A stretch of DNA of 64,000 nt from Oikopleura dioica (GCA_907165135.1 OU015566.1:10230001-10294000), one strand, 5' to 3'; shown: positions 11,808 through 25,320, counted from the first letter of the stretch. A program made the numbers and translations. Notes: generated by a model from the sequence alone, not told the origin.

Positions 11808-14800
11808 CCCTACACTGGCGAGAATTGTTGTGCTTGACGTTCCTTAATTTAGTTTTTTTCAATCAGTAAATTCAATTAATATGATATTTTCCTAAGAGAA
11901 TTCTGTTGGAAAAAAACTGCCATTTTATTTATTTGATACCTTTATTTGTCGATCTCTTTTGTGATGGAGGCGGCTTTCTCTTCTTTTGACTCTCTTTTGC
12001 CATGTTTTATAATTCTGCCCCCGTGATGAATCGGAAAATAAAAACGCGCCTTCCCGCCTGTTACCGCCGGCGCCGCTAAAAATTTCAAGAAAACCGGTGA
12101 ATTTTTAAAAGTTTTTGTTTTGTTGTTTGAGGAATATCTCTGATCGGCCGCCGATCGCAATCAAAACAAGGCGGAGAAAGTGGAGCTCCAAAAGTGTTAT
12201 AATCAGCGATTTTGAAAAAGAGAGAGTAAACAAAAACAAACTAACGGTCATCATTTTTTATTAAATTATGGGTAAAATTAGAGTTAGGTTGAATTTCACA
12301 CTTACCTTTGAAAGAGAATCGGTATTGAGAAAATTGAAGATTGCTATTACTTAAATTACTATTCTTTAATCTCTAATTATTGTCATTTTATGAGTGGTTA
12401 ACGATTATAAAGCGAGTTTATTCTTCTTCAACTGGTTGAAAATCCATCACTCTCATAATTTACCTTGCCCGAAGCAACAATTTGCCAGAGCGCTGTGAAA
12501 TCATAGAAAAATAGATGAACCGTCTGGTTGCTCAAAGTTAAAAATCAATACCAGTATAACTCGAAGTCAAGTTTAGACCATGGCTTTTGGTTGAATTAAT
12601 AAGTTGATTTTGCGGCGGTTTGAGGGAACAGATCTGGAGCGGAAGCGCAAGTTTATACTCAAAATGAGCAAGGTTTTCTTAATCATTCCTTCGCCAAATG
12701 CTCCACTCGGCATTTTAAATCCTTCTTGGACGAAGAAATCACAGATACAGTAAAAGTACGGCCTTGTTAGTAACAAAATATGCAAATTGAAAAGCGGGAT
12801 TTCAAATATTTGAAATTTTTAGAAAGAGGGTCTGTGTAGCTACAGAGTTTTTTGCAAGGAGCTGTCGGGGAAGACAAAGATCTGATGTAAACTACTAAAG
12901 TAGTAGAATAGTAAGTCTCCTTTTGGATGAATAGAAAATGGCCTTGAATAACCTCCAAAGAGATCAGAAAGTTTTTTCGGCGGTAGCACAAAAAGAACAG
13001 AACATTCTAACTCACAGTGTCCTCGGATTTTCTTGACTTTTAAGCCCTTTAGCAGATTCCGACGAAGTGCGGCGGCGTTGAAACGTTGTCGAATTTTATA
13101 TCGGATAAGATTTCTTTTCACCTGCGTGGATCCGTGAGTGTTATAGGAGTCAGCAGTTGTTTAGAAGATAAATTCAAGATTTCGACTTCAGAAAATCAAT
13201 TTTCAAGAGTAGCGCGTTGTTGAAAACCGTTCAAACTTCAAACAGAAAATGGGTTTTTGAACACGTTTATAGATAAAAAATATTTATAAAAACTCAGCAC
13301 AGATACTGGCAGTTTGAAACTAAGATTCAAGTTTTAGCCGTTTTTTAGCAATTTGACTCGATTTTCGGTCAAAAAAACGAGAAAGACTTTCCAAAAAAAA
13401 CTATGATCGGAAGATAGCTTGATAGATAGTATGAACACATCTTACTCCATGGACGGTTCCGTTCGTAACGTTTTTACCAGTTAGAAAGATACGGTAATAA
13501 CGGACGCTTATCATGTTTTATTTTTTCCGCGGCAGTGACGCTTTGAATAACTATAATTTGCAAACTTGTTCTTCGATAGTTCCGTTTTTATTCAATATCC
13601 ACGAGAGCATTTCGCACAGTGACTTTTTGAAATATTACCAAGTTGCCCAAAAAACTGGCATCATCCAAGAAAGGGTTAATATTTTCCTAAAAGCTTCATC
13701 TTCTCACTTCTTGTTTTTCCAAAGCTGTATTTCTCCTGTACCTCTTTCTCCACGAAGTAATCCAGCAAAAATAGACCGTAGAACATCTTAATCAAGAACA
13801 ATATAAAAATTCCCTATGCAAAGAAAACTACCTCTACTAACATTTCCAACGCAAGTAATCCGAGAAAGGTCTGCCGAACGACTTAGCCTAACATCCAAAA
13901 AAATGTGTGTTAGGATCAAAAATTTCATTGTTCAATGAAAACGTGTGTTAGACTAAACCGTAACATTACTAAGTATGGCTTCAAACTCCCAAGGAATGCG
14001 CTGGAAACGTCCCTGTTTAAGGGGCTATCCTCTTATCTTTCAATTTTCCCCTGAGTCAGCTTGATCAATGATCATCTGATACGACAATCGTAAGTGCTTA
14101 ATTCTCGTCTAATCAACTTTTTGAAAATAATTACGAGAAGAAACGTGAGTATGTCTTAATTGAAGCCATTTCCTAGAGCGAGTAAAAACCAAAAATCGTT
14201 TTTAGGAGGTAAGCTCACCGCTGGTTAGCCATAATGACGTTGTGTAATTCAAACATTGCAGTTTTTTGAAGGTAGTTAAAAATGAGTCGGAGCTTACCTC
14301 ACCTGTTTCCGGGTTGAGCTGTTTAGACAGACAGACATTTTTAGACAAAGATCTTTTCCGACATGATGGCAAAAAAAGAAGAACATAATCAACCCCCTCC
14401 TATTTCCAAATACGTCGTTGAAATCATAGCCTCTCTTTCTTTTCCTCTTCTTCTTTGGGTCTTTGACGATGCTGAACCTATGTATTCTATGTTATTAAAA
14501 TATGCAATGGCCTTCAAAAAAGTGCGTATAAGAAGATATGCTGCGTTTCTATCGTCACTTCGAATATCAATCAGAATAGCTGATTAGACTGTGGATCAGA
14601 TTTAGCCACGGACGGCTTAACTCCTTTACCAGGAAAATAATTGCACAAGAACGAAAAATCACTGGCCGTCAACAATAAGCCGTTCTTTTGAAAATAAGGG
14701 GTCTGGAAATGAACGAACTTTGCGTGGCCGGTGTTGAATTATAAGTGAAAACTTACACCTTTAAATGTGACGTCTGCATTTTAAACCATTTTTGTTGCGT

Positions 14801-17800
14801 TTTAAAAGCATGAAAAGTGCTTTTCTGAAGACACACCAAAAAACTACATGATATCATTGAGTTACTGCAAATGACTCGCCTGAATTACTGATTTTATCAA
14901 ACAGCTGATGATCAGATGCAAAGTCAGCTGTTTAAGTTCTCAGTATCCTCTAAATAAGACCGAGAGGAGAAAATCAAGTCGACAAAATGATGCTGCAGAA
15001 CATCTACGAAAACAATTTATACATGAGCTGACAAACAATAAAGCTTCATAAATTGCCCTTTCCCAGAAAATGAAGAGTTGAAAGAGTTGAGAACTGTACG
15101 AACCCGAATAAAATGCGGTAATACTGACATTGAAGTTACTAAAACCAATAAGCTGATGGCAATAGGATTAAAAGCAACCAGGATTTAGAGAGCTCCATTT
15201 TTCGTCAATGCTAATGAACGCTTTCAAGGTGAAAGATAATCCTAAAAAGTCAAACATTAAAAGTCAGAGTCTACGTGTATTAGAAGATTCCAATCTCTTC
15301 CTAACCCCATTAAACTATCTAAAGATTTCAGCGCGATCGTGAGGAGCGTTTGAAGTGAGTACTTTTCTGATAATATTTTTGGATCCAATTCTCGCCGAGA
15401 AAGAGCCACAAAATTGATTTTATAACAAGTGCTTTCCATTCATTTTTGTTATTTTTTAGAAACCCTAGAAAGGGATTATAATCTCGAACAGTATTTATGT
15501 AGAATATTGGCCGAGGACCCTTACTTTTTAAGGTTTTCGCGGTCGATTATATAGAGCCGCAGCAAAAGCTAATATGCCGCAAAACAAGTGCCAGTAAAAC
15601 TGTTTTCAGTTCAATGAAGATGGAATTTTATTTAGACTCCACGGAGGAAAGGAATTTCAAACCTCCGAGACAGCTCGTTGATTTCAACTCGCCGAGCTCA
15701 TTAAAATTTCCGGGCTGATTAAAAATCGACTTCTAAGTTTTTTTTTAAACGAGCGCTTCCTGAATCAAATCAATGGTAAGCTAATTTTTTGATCGATCCA
15801 AAAATCAAGCCCGGATCATTGAAAAATCACTCTGCACATGATTAAAAAGGCGATCCAATTAAGGCTGATCCTTGTAAGTCGAGTTTTGTTTGGGAAATGA
15901 AAGTGACGGAAATTGGAAATCTCGATCGTTCAATTGCACGGCCAAGAGGCTACCACATCATCCGAGGACTTGGAGCCGCGCTAGAATTCAAAAAATTGAC
16001 AAGCGAGGAATCAACCGCCGTTAATTGCAGTATCCAGAGAGTAGTCATGACTCAAGATCGCCTTCTCCTGAAAATGGATATCTAAAAACAGCTCACCTTC
16101 TCTATCCTAGGAGACTTTTGGTCAACTATCTCAGCGAGGGGATGAAATGTAATTACCTACTTATCAACGGGCATAGAAGTTTTAGTTGAAATCGGAACAG
16201 GATCATCCAGGATCTTTCTCATCTCCCACCTCTAATGGCCGGTTCCACATGTCCTGAATAATTGGATTGAGCTAGCTGCGGTAAATTACGACACACGATC
16301 CTCCGATCGTTGTTTTTACAGCGAAGAGTGGAATTCTGCTGGAACCACGTCCGAGCGCCAGCTGACTGCGCTCAACGTTGTTTGATGAAGCTAATCATCG
16401 TCGAAGAAAAATAACGTTAAGATTTCGAAAAGGCGAGCATTAGAAACAACTCAAGGAGTCATTTTGAGGGTTTTAAAGTTTCTTCTTTTAAATATTCGTG
16501 GTCACGTTTTTAGGGAAAAAAGATGGTTGTTAGAAATATTCGTTTCACTGTAACCATTGGTTGTTGGCTTCTGTGACATGACTTTTAATTGGAAGTAAAC
16601 TTAGCGGACGCCTTTAACATCATTTGTTTCTCTGGTTTCTTCTATTAGTTTCATTTACGGAGGATTATCAAAACCCGTGTGGGTTACACTTGGAAGGTCT
16701 AAAGATTTCCTAATCTCTGGGTTATGCAACGTTTCGTCCTGCAAAACCTTGCCTAAGCTGTGGTAAAAAACACTGGTGCCGCTTCCAGAACGCCGTAAAA
16801 TCTGCGGCGCGGCAAGAAATTTGTCACTTACCGATTTGGCAATTAGAAACACGAGTATGACATTTCTACTCGCGGAAAACAACTGAAACGTACTTTGTTA
16901 GAATTGAAAGCTTTCAGAGGAACTCGATTATCAAATAAGACGAGGCTTATTGCTGGCAACACTCGTATAATTTGCGTTTGCGTCCAAGCAAGTTGTTTGT
17001 TTTTAACCCCTTTTCTATCCGTGGGGAAAGGCCAAGGGTCGTGGTTTTTGGAACTTCTTATACAGTCGTTTTTCTTAGACAACTCTCAGTCCAAATTCTA
17101 CATATTCATTGCATTTGCCGACGTCGTCAATATTACAGGCATTTTGTGCCAAAAAGTCCGTTATCTTGATGTCACTTATCCTGGACTCCGACTGTAAGGA
17201 ATTCGTGACTTATAAGAAAAAAAATGAAAACTGGACCAACGGAAACGATTGAAATCTCCATTTATGACATATAATAATCATTGTCTCCAAGATTATGTCG
17301 TTTTGAGGCAACTTTTTCATTCCGATGCTATTCAGGACGCGAACTTCCATAATTTGTCTAACAAAAAGACGTCCAAGCAACGAAATTCATGAGGAATTGA
17401 TCGCATCGATGCATCATCAAATTTCAAATTCCTGCAGCTTTCTGCCCTCGTCGGTTACGGTTCACAAATTTGGAAACGTGGCTTTCAACGTGCCGAACAT
17501 ATTTGCCACCTGACGTTGTCTGCCCTTCATTTCCCAATTAATCAAACCACAAAACGTGACGACTATATTTTTAGAAAATGCTCGAAATATAGGATTAGCT
17601 ATAAGTTCTTATAAAGCGGAAATTATATTTTGGGATCTACGTGCCATTTAGCGTATCTATTCGATCCTCGGCGGGAAAATTTTACGTTGAGCTGCGGCGG
17701 TTTATTTACCAAAGTCTTCGCGTCAAGTGGCCCCCACGTCGAGATGGTTTCATGTTTTTGCATCGAAGTGCTAGGCATCGATCTAAGATCCTTGGCTTGA

Positions 17801-18204
17801 AAGTAATTTTTCGAGCAAAATTCGAACAACAGTAATCGTTAATGGACGTTCCATTTTCCGAGAAACGGTAAAAATGCATTTTCAAGCGGGAAAGGTGGAA
17901 CATTTATTCGGCTAATTGAAAGTCCTACGTCCGGTTCGATCTTAGCCTAATTGGATCAACGTGCCTTCAAGTTTCCATTTCATGAAAGTGACGACTATAT
18001 TTCTAGCAGATTATAATAAGCCTGGAAAAATAACCTTCAAGGCTTTTTCGCAGCTCGAAGCACATTCATGATAAATTGAAAATGACGATTTTCGACGAAA
18101 AAACAATAAGGTGCCAGATTACTAACATTAGTTTATTTCAGAGACAGAAAAGAAAACGGTTATAGTTGGTGGTTATAAAGGCAGTTGTAAAGAAGATAAC
18201 AAAT

Positions 18205-19247
18205 CTATCCCCAAAGCACGACTGGCAAATAATTATTGACGTTGAATCCATGGATGGGATATTGATCATTTTCCCGTTTCTTAACCCCGCGGACCAAAGT
18301 GATGACATCATATGTATTGTCTGCTGCATAGTTAGGATCTAGGAATTTTTCCGGCCAATTCATGACAATATCAGCCAGAACTGTTGTCATCATAGTCGAT
18401 ATCATCAGAGTGCTCAGTTTGTCGAATCCTCCAGGTCTTGTTGAAATGAAGTGACAAAAGAAATCGCAAGGGTTGTCTTCTTCAAGATTTGCGAGAGTCA
18501 TTTGGATATTAACTGATCTTTTGTTCAGGAAAGCAGAACAGCGCTTGTAAAAATCATTCTGCAGGTTCCGATCTAAAATTTATTTTCAAGTATGACTTCA
18601 CGTGATGAACTTACTTTTGAAAAGAATACCCAAGGCATTAAGAGTATGATATTTGTTGAGATGAGTATTAGTCTTTGCCCTTTTCAGTTTTCTTAAAAAT
18701 TCATCGTCGGACTCAAGACTTCCCACAGGATCGTTGTCACTGACAGACGATTCAGCCTTCTTCCTCTTGATTGCTCTTTTCTTGGGTAATTTTATGTTGA
18801 CTTGTTTGAGAACATTATTGAGCTGAAAATTTGCGATCTTGATCGAATCGATTCGGAACAATTCGTTTTCATTAAAAATAATGTCAAAACAGGTGATCTT
18901 TGATTCGTCGTGGCCAAGTGTCGCAACAAGTTTCTTGAAACAGATTGACAATAAATTTTCAATCGTCAGATTCGATGGCTCATCAATATTCGATATTTTC
19001 AACCACACATCTTTACCGTCGTCGTCATAGTACACGGTCATCTCGCTCTCGGTACTCGCTCGATATAATTTTACTCTCGCAGCATCATAAAATACGTCTG
19101 AGTGCGATTGCTCTAATTAAAAGTCAGCAACAGTATCAATACTCAAAGCTTACTTCTAAATAAAAGTCCCATTGACGACAATGATTCTTGGTCATTATCA
19201 GACTCTTTTCGACGTAAAGTAGAGCCAGATTTTTGGGGAGATTTCAT
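18205..19247 (-). CDS. Orphan ~310-aa protein, 3 exons, with basic NLS-like patches
   Basis: ATG at 19247 (MKSPQKSGSTLRRKE). Two GT-AG introns (~19114-19152 and ~18574-18631) join three open segments in frame (LFRK/QSHS and ALD/RNLQ junctions). KKRAIKRKK patch. No domain recognised. Confidence 0.6.
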
Positions 19248-19506
19248 TTTGTTGTATCAGGAATATCTCTTGCAAAAAAAAGAGCAAACAAACAAGAAAT
19301 ACAATTCATCCAGTTATCTAGAATGATTGCACAATAAAAGAAACCGTCAAATGCGGTTTCAATATGACTTTTATTTCAGAGTTCGGGATTTATTATACAA
19401 CAATTTGTTGCGAAACGCGAAATCTTCAACTTTTGTCAACTTTTAGTCAAATCTTCAACTTTTAGTCAACTTTTGTTCACGTCCATAAATCTTCCACTTA
19501 TCGTAT

Positions 19507-20640
19507 CTAATGAACTAAGCAAGAAAGAACATAGATGAATGTGCGGCAAGGCGAGGCCTGAAAAATCACCATAAAATCGCTCAATCGACTTCCTTCAACA
19601 AAGTGCTTTTCAGTAAAAATGACGTCGAACTGATTTCGAGTGTAGTGTGACCGAATTTCGCAGCCACAAATGACATGATTATACTTTTTAGAACTTTCCG
19701 TTGAACCAATATACTCGGGAACACTAATTTTCGAGGGTTTTCTCGATCTCCGCAAAGATTTAACGTTGTGGTTTTCAGTTACTTGAATAATTCTAGCCTG
19801 CTTTTTTTTTGATGTAACTATTGATTTACCGTATATACCGTATATGACCCGACAATTGTCCCATTTCCCCCGATAGTGAAGTGTTTTGCGAAGCATATAC
19901 CGTATAGGGTACGGATATACGGTACTTAATTACGAACGCGTACACTCAACTGTACAAACAAACTGTCATTCTGAGCTATGTTCAGCAGGGGTGTTAAACA
20001 AGCTCTTCTGTCAATCACTACTGTTCCGGCTGCATAGGCCGTTGCGGTTATTTTTTAGAAAATTTGATATTCAAAGTTGGATGGATTATTGTCGAAAAAT
20101 GAACTACTGTAGTGGGAATTTAAATTTTTAAAAACCACATTTCAACTTTGCGGTTTCAACTTTCTAAAAAGAATTTGAAGCATTATGAGAAAAACAATCG
20201 ATCTTCAACATTATTGTCGAGTAAGTACCTTGGTATTGTAAGTGTTTCCTTCACTCACGCTGCAGCTTCTCACGATCTAAAAATCTAACGAGTACTCCTT
20301 CAGACGAGAACCGTACTCGTTCTTGCCCCTTGAGCGAAGTCCAACTCATCACTTGATTCTTGATCACCGAATTGACACCTCGGCGAGGCGCAGAGCACTT
20401 GAAAATCTTCCTCGAATCGACACCGCCCGGTCGCGATTTAAAAACAACTTAGACGATGCTTGATGCACTCGGAGACGAGTAAATCGATGTGAAAGCCTGC
20501 CATTTTGATAAGAATCATGGGATGTTTACCTTTCTTGATCGCGGCTGAGTTGTCAACTTCTCAAGATCGACTGGCTTCAAATCTGTATCTACGCAAATAT
20601 AACGGCCAGCTCCGATCTGCAAATTATCAGTTCCTTGGAA
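19507..20640 (-). CDS. Possible further multi-exon ORF fragments (unresolved)
   Basis: 129-aa ORF 19507-19896 and an exon-like segment ~20530-20640 ending at aag/gtaaac. No consistent model could be assembled. Confidence 0.2.
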
Positions 20641-20720
20641 AATACGAATCAAACATAAATTAACAATTTTCTTGAACAACCAAAAGAAGCAAAAATTACC
20701 AGTAGTGGTCTCATTTTTTA

Positions 20721-21567
20721 AGGGATCCCCCCATTTCCCGAACTTTGACCCGTATCTACTTTTTTCTGGTCTAACTTATGACTCAATATGCATATGCGAA
20801 TGTTTAGATAGAAAGCTGATTCTACCAGAATATGTTCATTCAGAAACGAGCTTTTAAATGCGCTATTAATCATACTCATAACTTATGAGTTAAAAGCTAT
20901 TAATCATATTCATAACTTATGAATAGCGCATTTAAAAGCTCGTTTCTGAATGAACATATTCTGGTCGAATCAGCTTTCTATCTTAGCATTTGCATCTGCA
21001 TTAGAGGCCGTCAAAGTGATTAAAGTTGGCGAAAATGGCTATTTTTGACCATTTTCAAATCGTATCTACTTTTTTGGGGGCTTTTTAATCAACAATTTTT
21101 TGCTTCTATAGATAGCTCAAAGCCTAAACTTAATATTCTGGTAGAACCAGCATAAATTATGCTGCATAATTGGATGAGTGAAAAAAATTTTTTTAGTTGT
21201 AGAACTTTTTGGAGTCATTTTTGGCATTTTTTTGGTGGTTCAATGCTCTCTAGCGCCAACAAATGGCCGAAGATTCTAGTGCGGATATCATATTCATAAT
21301 CAGGACATTCTAAGCTTTCGATCAACCCCTTATTTGTCCACTTTTGATAACGATGAAAAATTGAAAAAAATTGCGATTTTCACGCTAAGTACAAATTACA
21401 TGCTATTTTCCAAATTTTGGAGGCCAAAATTTTTGGGATGCACTTATGTAGAGGGGTACTATAAATTATAGTCTATAATATATCAAAATGATCCTCAGAA
21501 CACGAGGAATCTAATGATAGGCGAAAATGAGCTGTGCCAAAGTTTTGAAAAATCGGGGGTGATCCCT
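20721..21567. mobile_element. Non-autonomous DNA transposon with AGGGATC termini in a TTAA-like context, carrying an internal palindrome
   Basis: Left AGGGATCCCCCCATTTCCCGAACTTTG matches the reverse complement of the right end (AGGGATCACCCCCGATTTTTCAAAACTTTG). Flanks ttta / ttaa. Confidence 0.65.
20794..20995. repeat. Near-perfect inverted repeat (~75-bp arms) with a duplicated palindromic centre
   Basis: gatagaaagctgattctaccagaatatgttcattcagaaacgagcttttaaatgcgctatt is mirrored by aatagcgcatttaaaagctcgtttctgaatgaacatattctggtcgaatcagctttctatc. Confidence 0.9.
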
Positions 21568-22639
21568 TTAATTAATAATTCATTTATGGTCATTTCTAAA
21601 GCTTTATTTATTCAATATCGATACTGTCGTATCTTCAGGCAGTTATGAATATGAGTGTTGGAAAGCCGCGCCAGCATCATCAAAGTATCAAGGTCATATC
21701 AAGCTCGCATTAAAAAATCGTTACCAACGCGTCGGAGACCTCCACGCGATGCTAGGTGAAATGAGTTTGGCCTTCATCACATTCGTGGTCGACAAAAGCG
21801 CGATCTTTTGCAATAAAAGATCAAAAACGAAGGTTCTTGAAAATAGAAATGTAGGTAGAAATAACAACGGTAAACGCCGGGGCAAAGAAGGAAGTTGCGA
21901 AAAACGATGGTGAGTACTATGAAAATATTGCGCGTAGAAAAAGTTTTTATAGGGTTCTTTTAACTTATAAAATTGCTCTTTCGTAACTTTAATATGAACC
22001 TTTTTCTGAGTTTAGAAGATTCTGAGAAGAGCTAGTCTTCAAAAAAGAAAACAAGCTGAGAAAGGAAGAATATTTCGCAACACGTTTTACCCCGGTAAAA
22101 AGGCATAATAGTGGCTCGTCAAAAATTTGGTTAATGTTGCACAGGCCGACGACTCGTTAGAAGGAATGGCGTTCGCTGTGGGAATGCGGTAAACGTTTGT
22201 CTCAGCGTAATAAAGTTACTGTCACGGACAATCGTCATGATCTGATTCCTCAAATGCTCGTGTACAGATGGACAAATTTCATCTTGAGATCATGAAATTT
22301 ACAAAAAAGTTCATGGTCAATATCTTGTGAGAACGAACATCTGTCATCCCGTAGCGGATAAAGACCGTTACGTACCGTAAAATCGTGGATCTTAGTTTGA
22401 ATCAGCCCATCTGAGTGTACGTTCGAAATGACACGTTCGATTAGAATCTTGAAAAAGTGTTGGTCAAAGATGAACGTTTATTATTTCCAACTTCACGGCT
22501 TAGAAAGAACATCTCGGTTTCGTTCAAATAATCCAGCGTCCATATCAAAATGTTACCACCAACAATTCCGACCAAAACCAACGTCATTGCCAATATAAAA
22601 GTCAAAGCGTCTGCATAAGAAAGAAGACGAAATAGAAAT

Positions 22640-24596
22640 ATGAAAATTCTAAGTGTTTTGTTGATTTCTACAAGTGCACAGGACTACGATTCATTGGCTG
22701 GCGCCCTTGGTGCAATATCTCTTGAAGATTTTGCGTTGCCAGATGAATTCGTTGGTGGAACCGACCTTGAGGAAGCAATTAATGAAGCTCTTGATGCCCT
22801 CGTTGTTGAAGCTGCTGAAAATGAGGTCGACGCAGAGATAAGGTATTTCGGAATAGCTTCCGCGACGACGACCGCCACAACGCGAGGAACAACAACAACA
22901 ACTCAATCTCCGGGAAGCGGTTGCTTTAAATGCGATGCTATGTCGATGACTTTATGTGCCGTTTCTGGAGTGTTCGAAACGTGCGAAGGAGAAAGTAGTA
23001 GCTGCTTCATCGAAGTCCGAGAGGTTAATCCACAGCTGACCCAGCTCTGCACTGGCTGCAAGAATACACAGGCATGTTATAATTTACAACAAAGTAATTT
23101 TATAGGAACGTACCAACATCACCAATGCAAACCTCACTATGCTCAGCAGCAGGTTGGACGACGTCGGACAAACGAGCAGTCAGTTTGCCGACAGTGCTTT
23201 GATCAGTGCACCCTTACTGATGGAAAATGCTTTAGTGCGCACGACACTAATTTCGAGCAACCGAATGTGAACAACTTGACTCCTTCCGGTGGAACTCCTG
23301 GTAATTCAATTATCGGGATAAACTCTCAACGACGGTTATATTTAGGTAACAAATGGATTCAGTACGATTTCGCCGCTCAGAAAACAAATCTTATAGCTCG
23401 CAGTCACTTTGATAATCCCATTTCTGCGTATACTGGTTCAGAAGCAAACCCGATCGGACTCGGAATCCCAACTGGAGCGATGCATGATGAAACAAGTTCT
23501 ATTAAGGGTAATGGTATACATCGGCGCGGCGCCGCTCGCTCGATCCGCGCTCCGCAAGAACCTATTTCTCACGAGGCCGTAAAATCTGAACGGATCGAGA
23601 TTTTTCGAGATTTAAACAGATTCGGAATCCTCAAAGTCTCTTCTATAAACTGATCGAAAATTAAAACAATTTTCAAAGAGGAACAATGTGAAAAGTGCCA
23701 GTTTCCTTCAAATGACATTTTCTCCATAATTTCTCATCCAAATTTTTGAAAATTAGACTGTCTTGTAGAGAATCGTCAGCTCTACGATTCCTGTGTTTCA
23801 GATTTTGTTTTAAGCTTTCATTTATTTTACATCGCAATTTGTAAAGAGCGCAGCGGAGCGCGCCGCGAGAAATAGGAAGCGGAGAGGCGCGGGCGAGAAT
23901 AACTCTCTTTTCAAAAGAGCGCACATAATTTTTGAAAGCCCAAATGAAAAATCTGAAACACAGGAATTGTAGAGCTGACGATTCTCTACAAGACAGTCAA
24001 ATTTTCAAAAATTTGGATGAGAAATTATGGAGAAAATGTCATTTGAAGGAAACTGGCACTTTTCACATTGTTCCTCTTTGAAAATTGTTTTAATTTTCGA
24101 TCAGTTTATAAAATAGACTTTGAGGATTCCGAATCTGTTTAAATCTCGAAAAAATCTCGATCCGTTCAGATTTTACGGCCTCGTGAGAAATAGGTTCTTG
24201 CGGAGCGCGGATCGAGCGAGCGGCGCCGCGCCGATGTATACCATTACCCTTAACATGAGGATGGATCCGTCTTTCCTTGACATAACTCAATGGAATCTCT
24301 ACTTTGCGTCTTCGAATGCATCACCTAACGACGGTGTTCAACGCGGAAAAGATCACCCAAAAGCTCTTCCATTCGCGACCATGAATACTGACTATGAAAG
24401 CGTCGCGACTTCTCCAACAACTACTGGACGAGATCAAAGACGTAAGTTGCATTCTTTTCCTGCATGAAGTTCATTTCTGCTCTTAGATATGGTATACTGG
24501 GGTGTTCTTGGAGCCCCAAAGTCATGGTGGGAGTCTGATTTGAGGCAAATTCAAGCGGAAATACGATCTGGTGGAGCTGCAAAAGTTATGCAGTAA
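22640..24596 (+). CDS. Secreted Cys-rich protein (signal peptide, acidic/Thr-rich linker, Ly6/three-finger-like Cys domain), interrupted by a MITE
   Basis: MKILSVLLISTSA signal, TTTTT linker, CFKC...C...C...CFIE...CTGCK...C pattern. Removing 23506-24253 restores the frame (...DETSSINMRMDPSF...). A GT-AG intron 24442-24488 leads to a last exon ...YWGVLGAPKSWWESDLRQIQ...MQ*. Confidence 0.75.
23506..24249. mobile_element. 744-bp foldback MITE with ~300-bp TIRs and a TTAA target duplication (Kolobok-like)
   Basis: TTAA at 23502-23505 and 24250-24253. Arms 23506-~23806 and ~23949-24249 are reverse complements with only a few mismatches. GC-rich spacer. Confidence 0.93.
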
Positions 24597-24649
24597 ATAC
24601 ATGCGAAGAAGTTGCTTGCTTTTATACTGTTTCTATATGTCAAATAAAT

Positions 24650-25186
24650 TTACTCCGAATGTTTTCCTTTTTCAGATTTTATTGCGGAGAACTTTGGCGA
24701 GTGAAAAGCGTTGAAGACAGATTGATGCTTAAAAGTTGAAGATATTTTTCTTTTTGCTTCGGGTTCTGCCGCCATCTGGTTGAGTTCGCGGACGCCTTCA
24801 AGCACGAACCTGACTTCCGCTTTTGCCTCGCAGATTTCTTCAGTGAGCGCGCTGACTTTCGCCTCGAGCAGTTCTTCTTTCTTCTTACAGTAGTCTCGTG
24901 CTTCAACTTGGGTCAGCTCAAGAAACACTCCGTGGCCTAAATTCACAGCAACTAGCTCACAGTTGTCGATTTCGGCGTCGCAGTAAAAGTTATTTCCCAA
25001 ATCAGCCTTTGTTCTCATATTTCCTTTACGCCCAGTGGAGATGAATTTTTCCATCGTCTCGAATAACCGCCGATATTCAGATTGCTCTTCAATCACTTTG
25101 TCACGGTAGATCTGCAGCTTTCTGATCTTGGGACGGAGATTGAAATTGACATGCTTTTCGAAGGAGGTGATCTTTTCACTGCTCAT
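24650..25186 (-). CDS. UXT: UXT, alpha-type prefoldin-like protein
   Basis: Single-exon 178-aa ORF with DLGNNFYCDAEI and VNLGHGVFLELTQVEA beta-hairpin motifs flanked by coiled coils. Confidence 0.85.
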   Translation of the reverse strand: MSSEKITSFEKHVNFNLRPKIRKLQIYRDKVIEEQSEYRRLFETMEKFISTGRKGNMRTKADLGNNFYCDAEIDNCELVAVNLGHGVFLELTQVEARDYCKKKEELLEAKVSALTEEICEAKAEVRFVLEGVRELNQMAAEPEAKRKISSTFKHQSVFNAFHSPKFSAIKSEKGKHSE

Positions 25187-25320
25187 GATCTAAAAGAAAT
25201 ATTTGAAATCAACAAAGAGAATTCTTAGTTTCTAAATGTATTTGAACCGAGGATAGAGTTCTAAGGGACAGGGCAGTAAACAAAGTTGAGCTGACATCAA
25301 TTGCAAGTCTATAAATTTGT

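Noticed and set aside
12573-13130. Exon-like fragments (KRNLIRYKIRQRF...)
   Set aside because: Could not be joined into a consistent spliced model, and no motif was recognised.
23506-24290. C-terminus of ORF 22640-23653 and ORF 24090-24290 (GNGIHRRGAARS...)
   Set aside because: Translation of MITE terminal inverted repeats, not genuine coding sequence.
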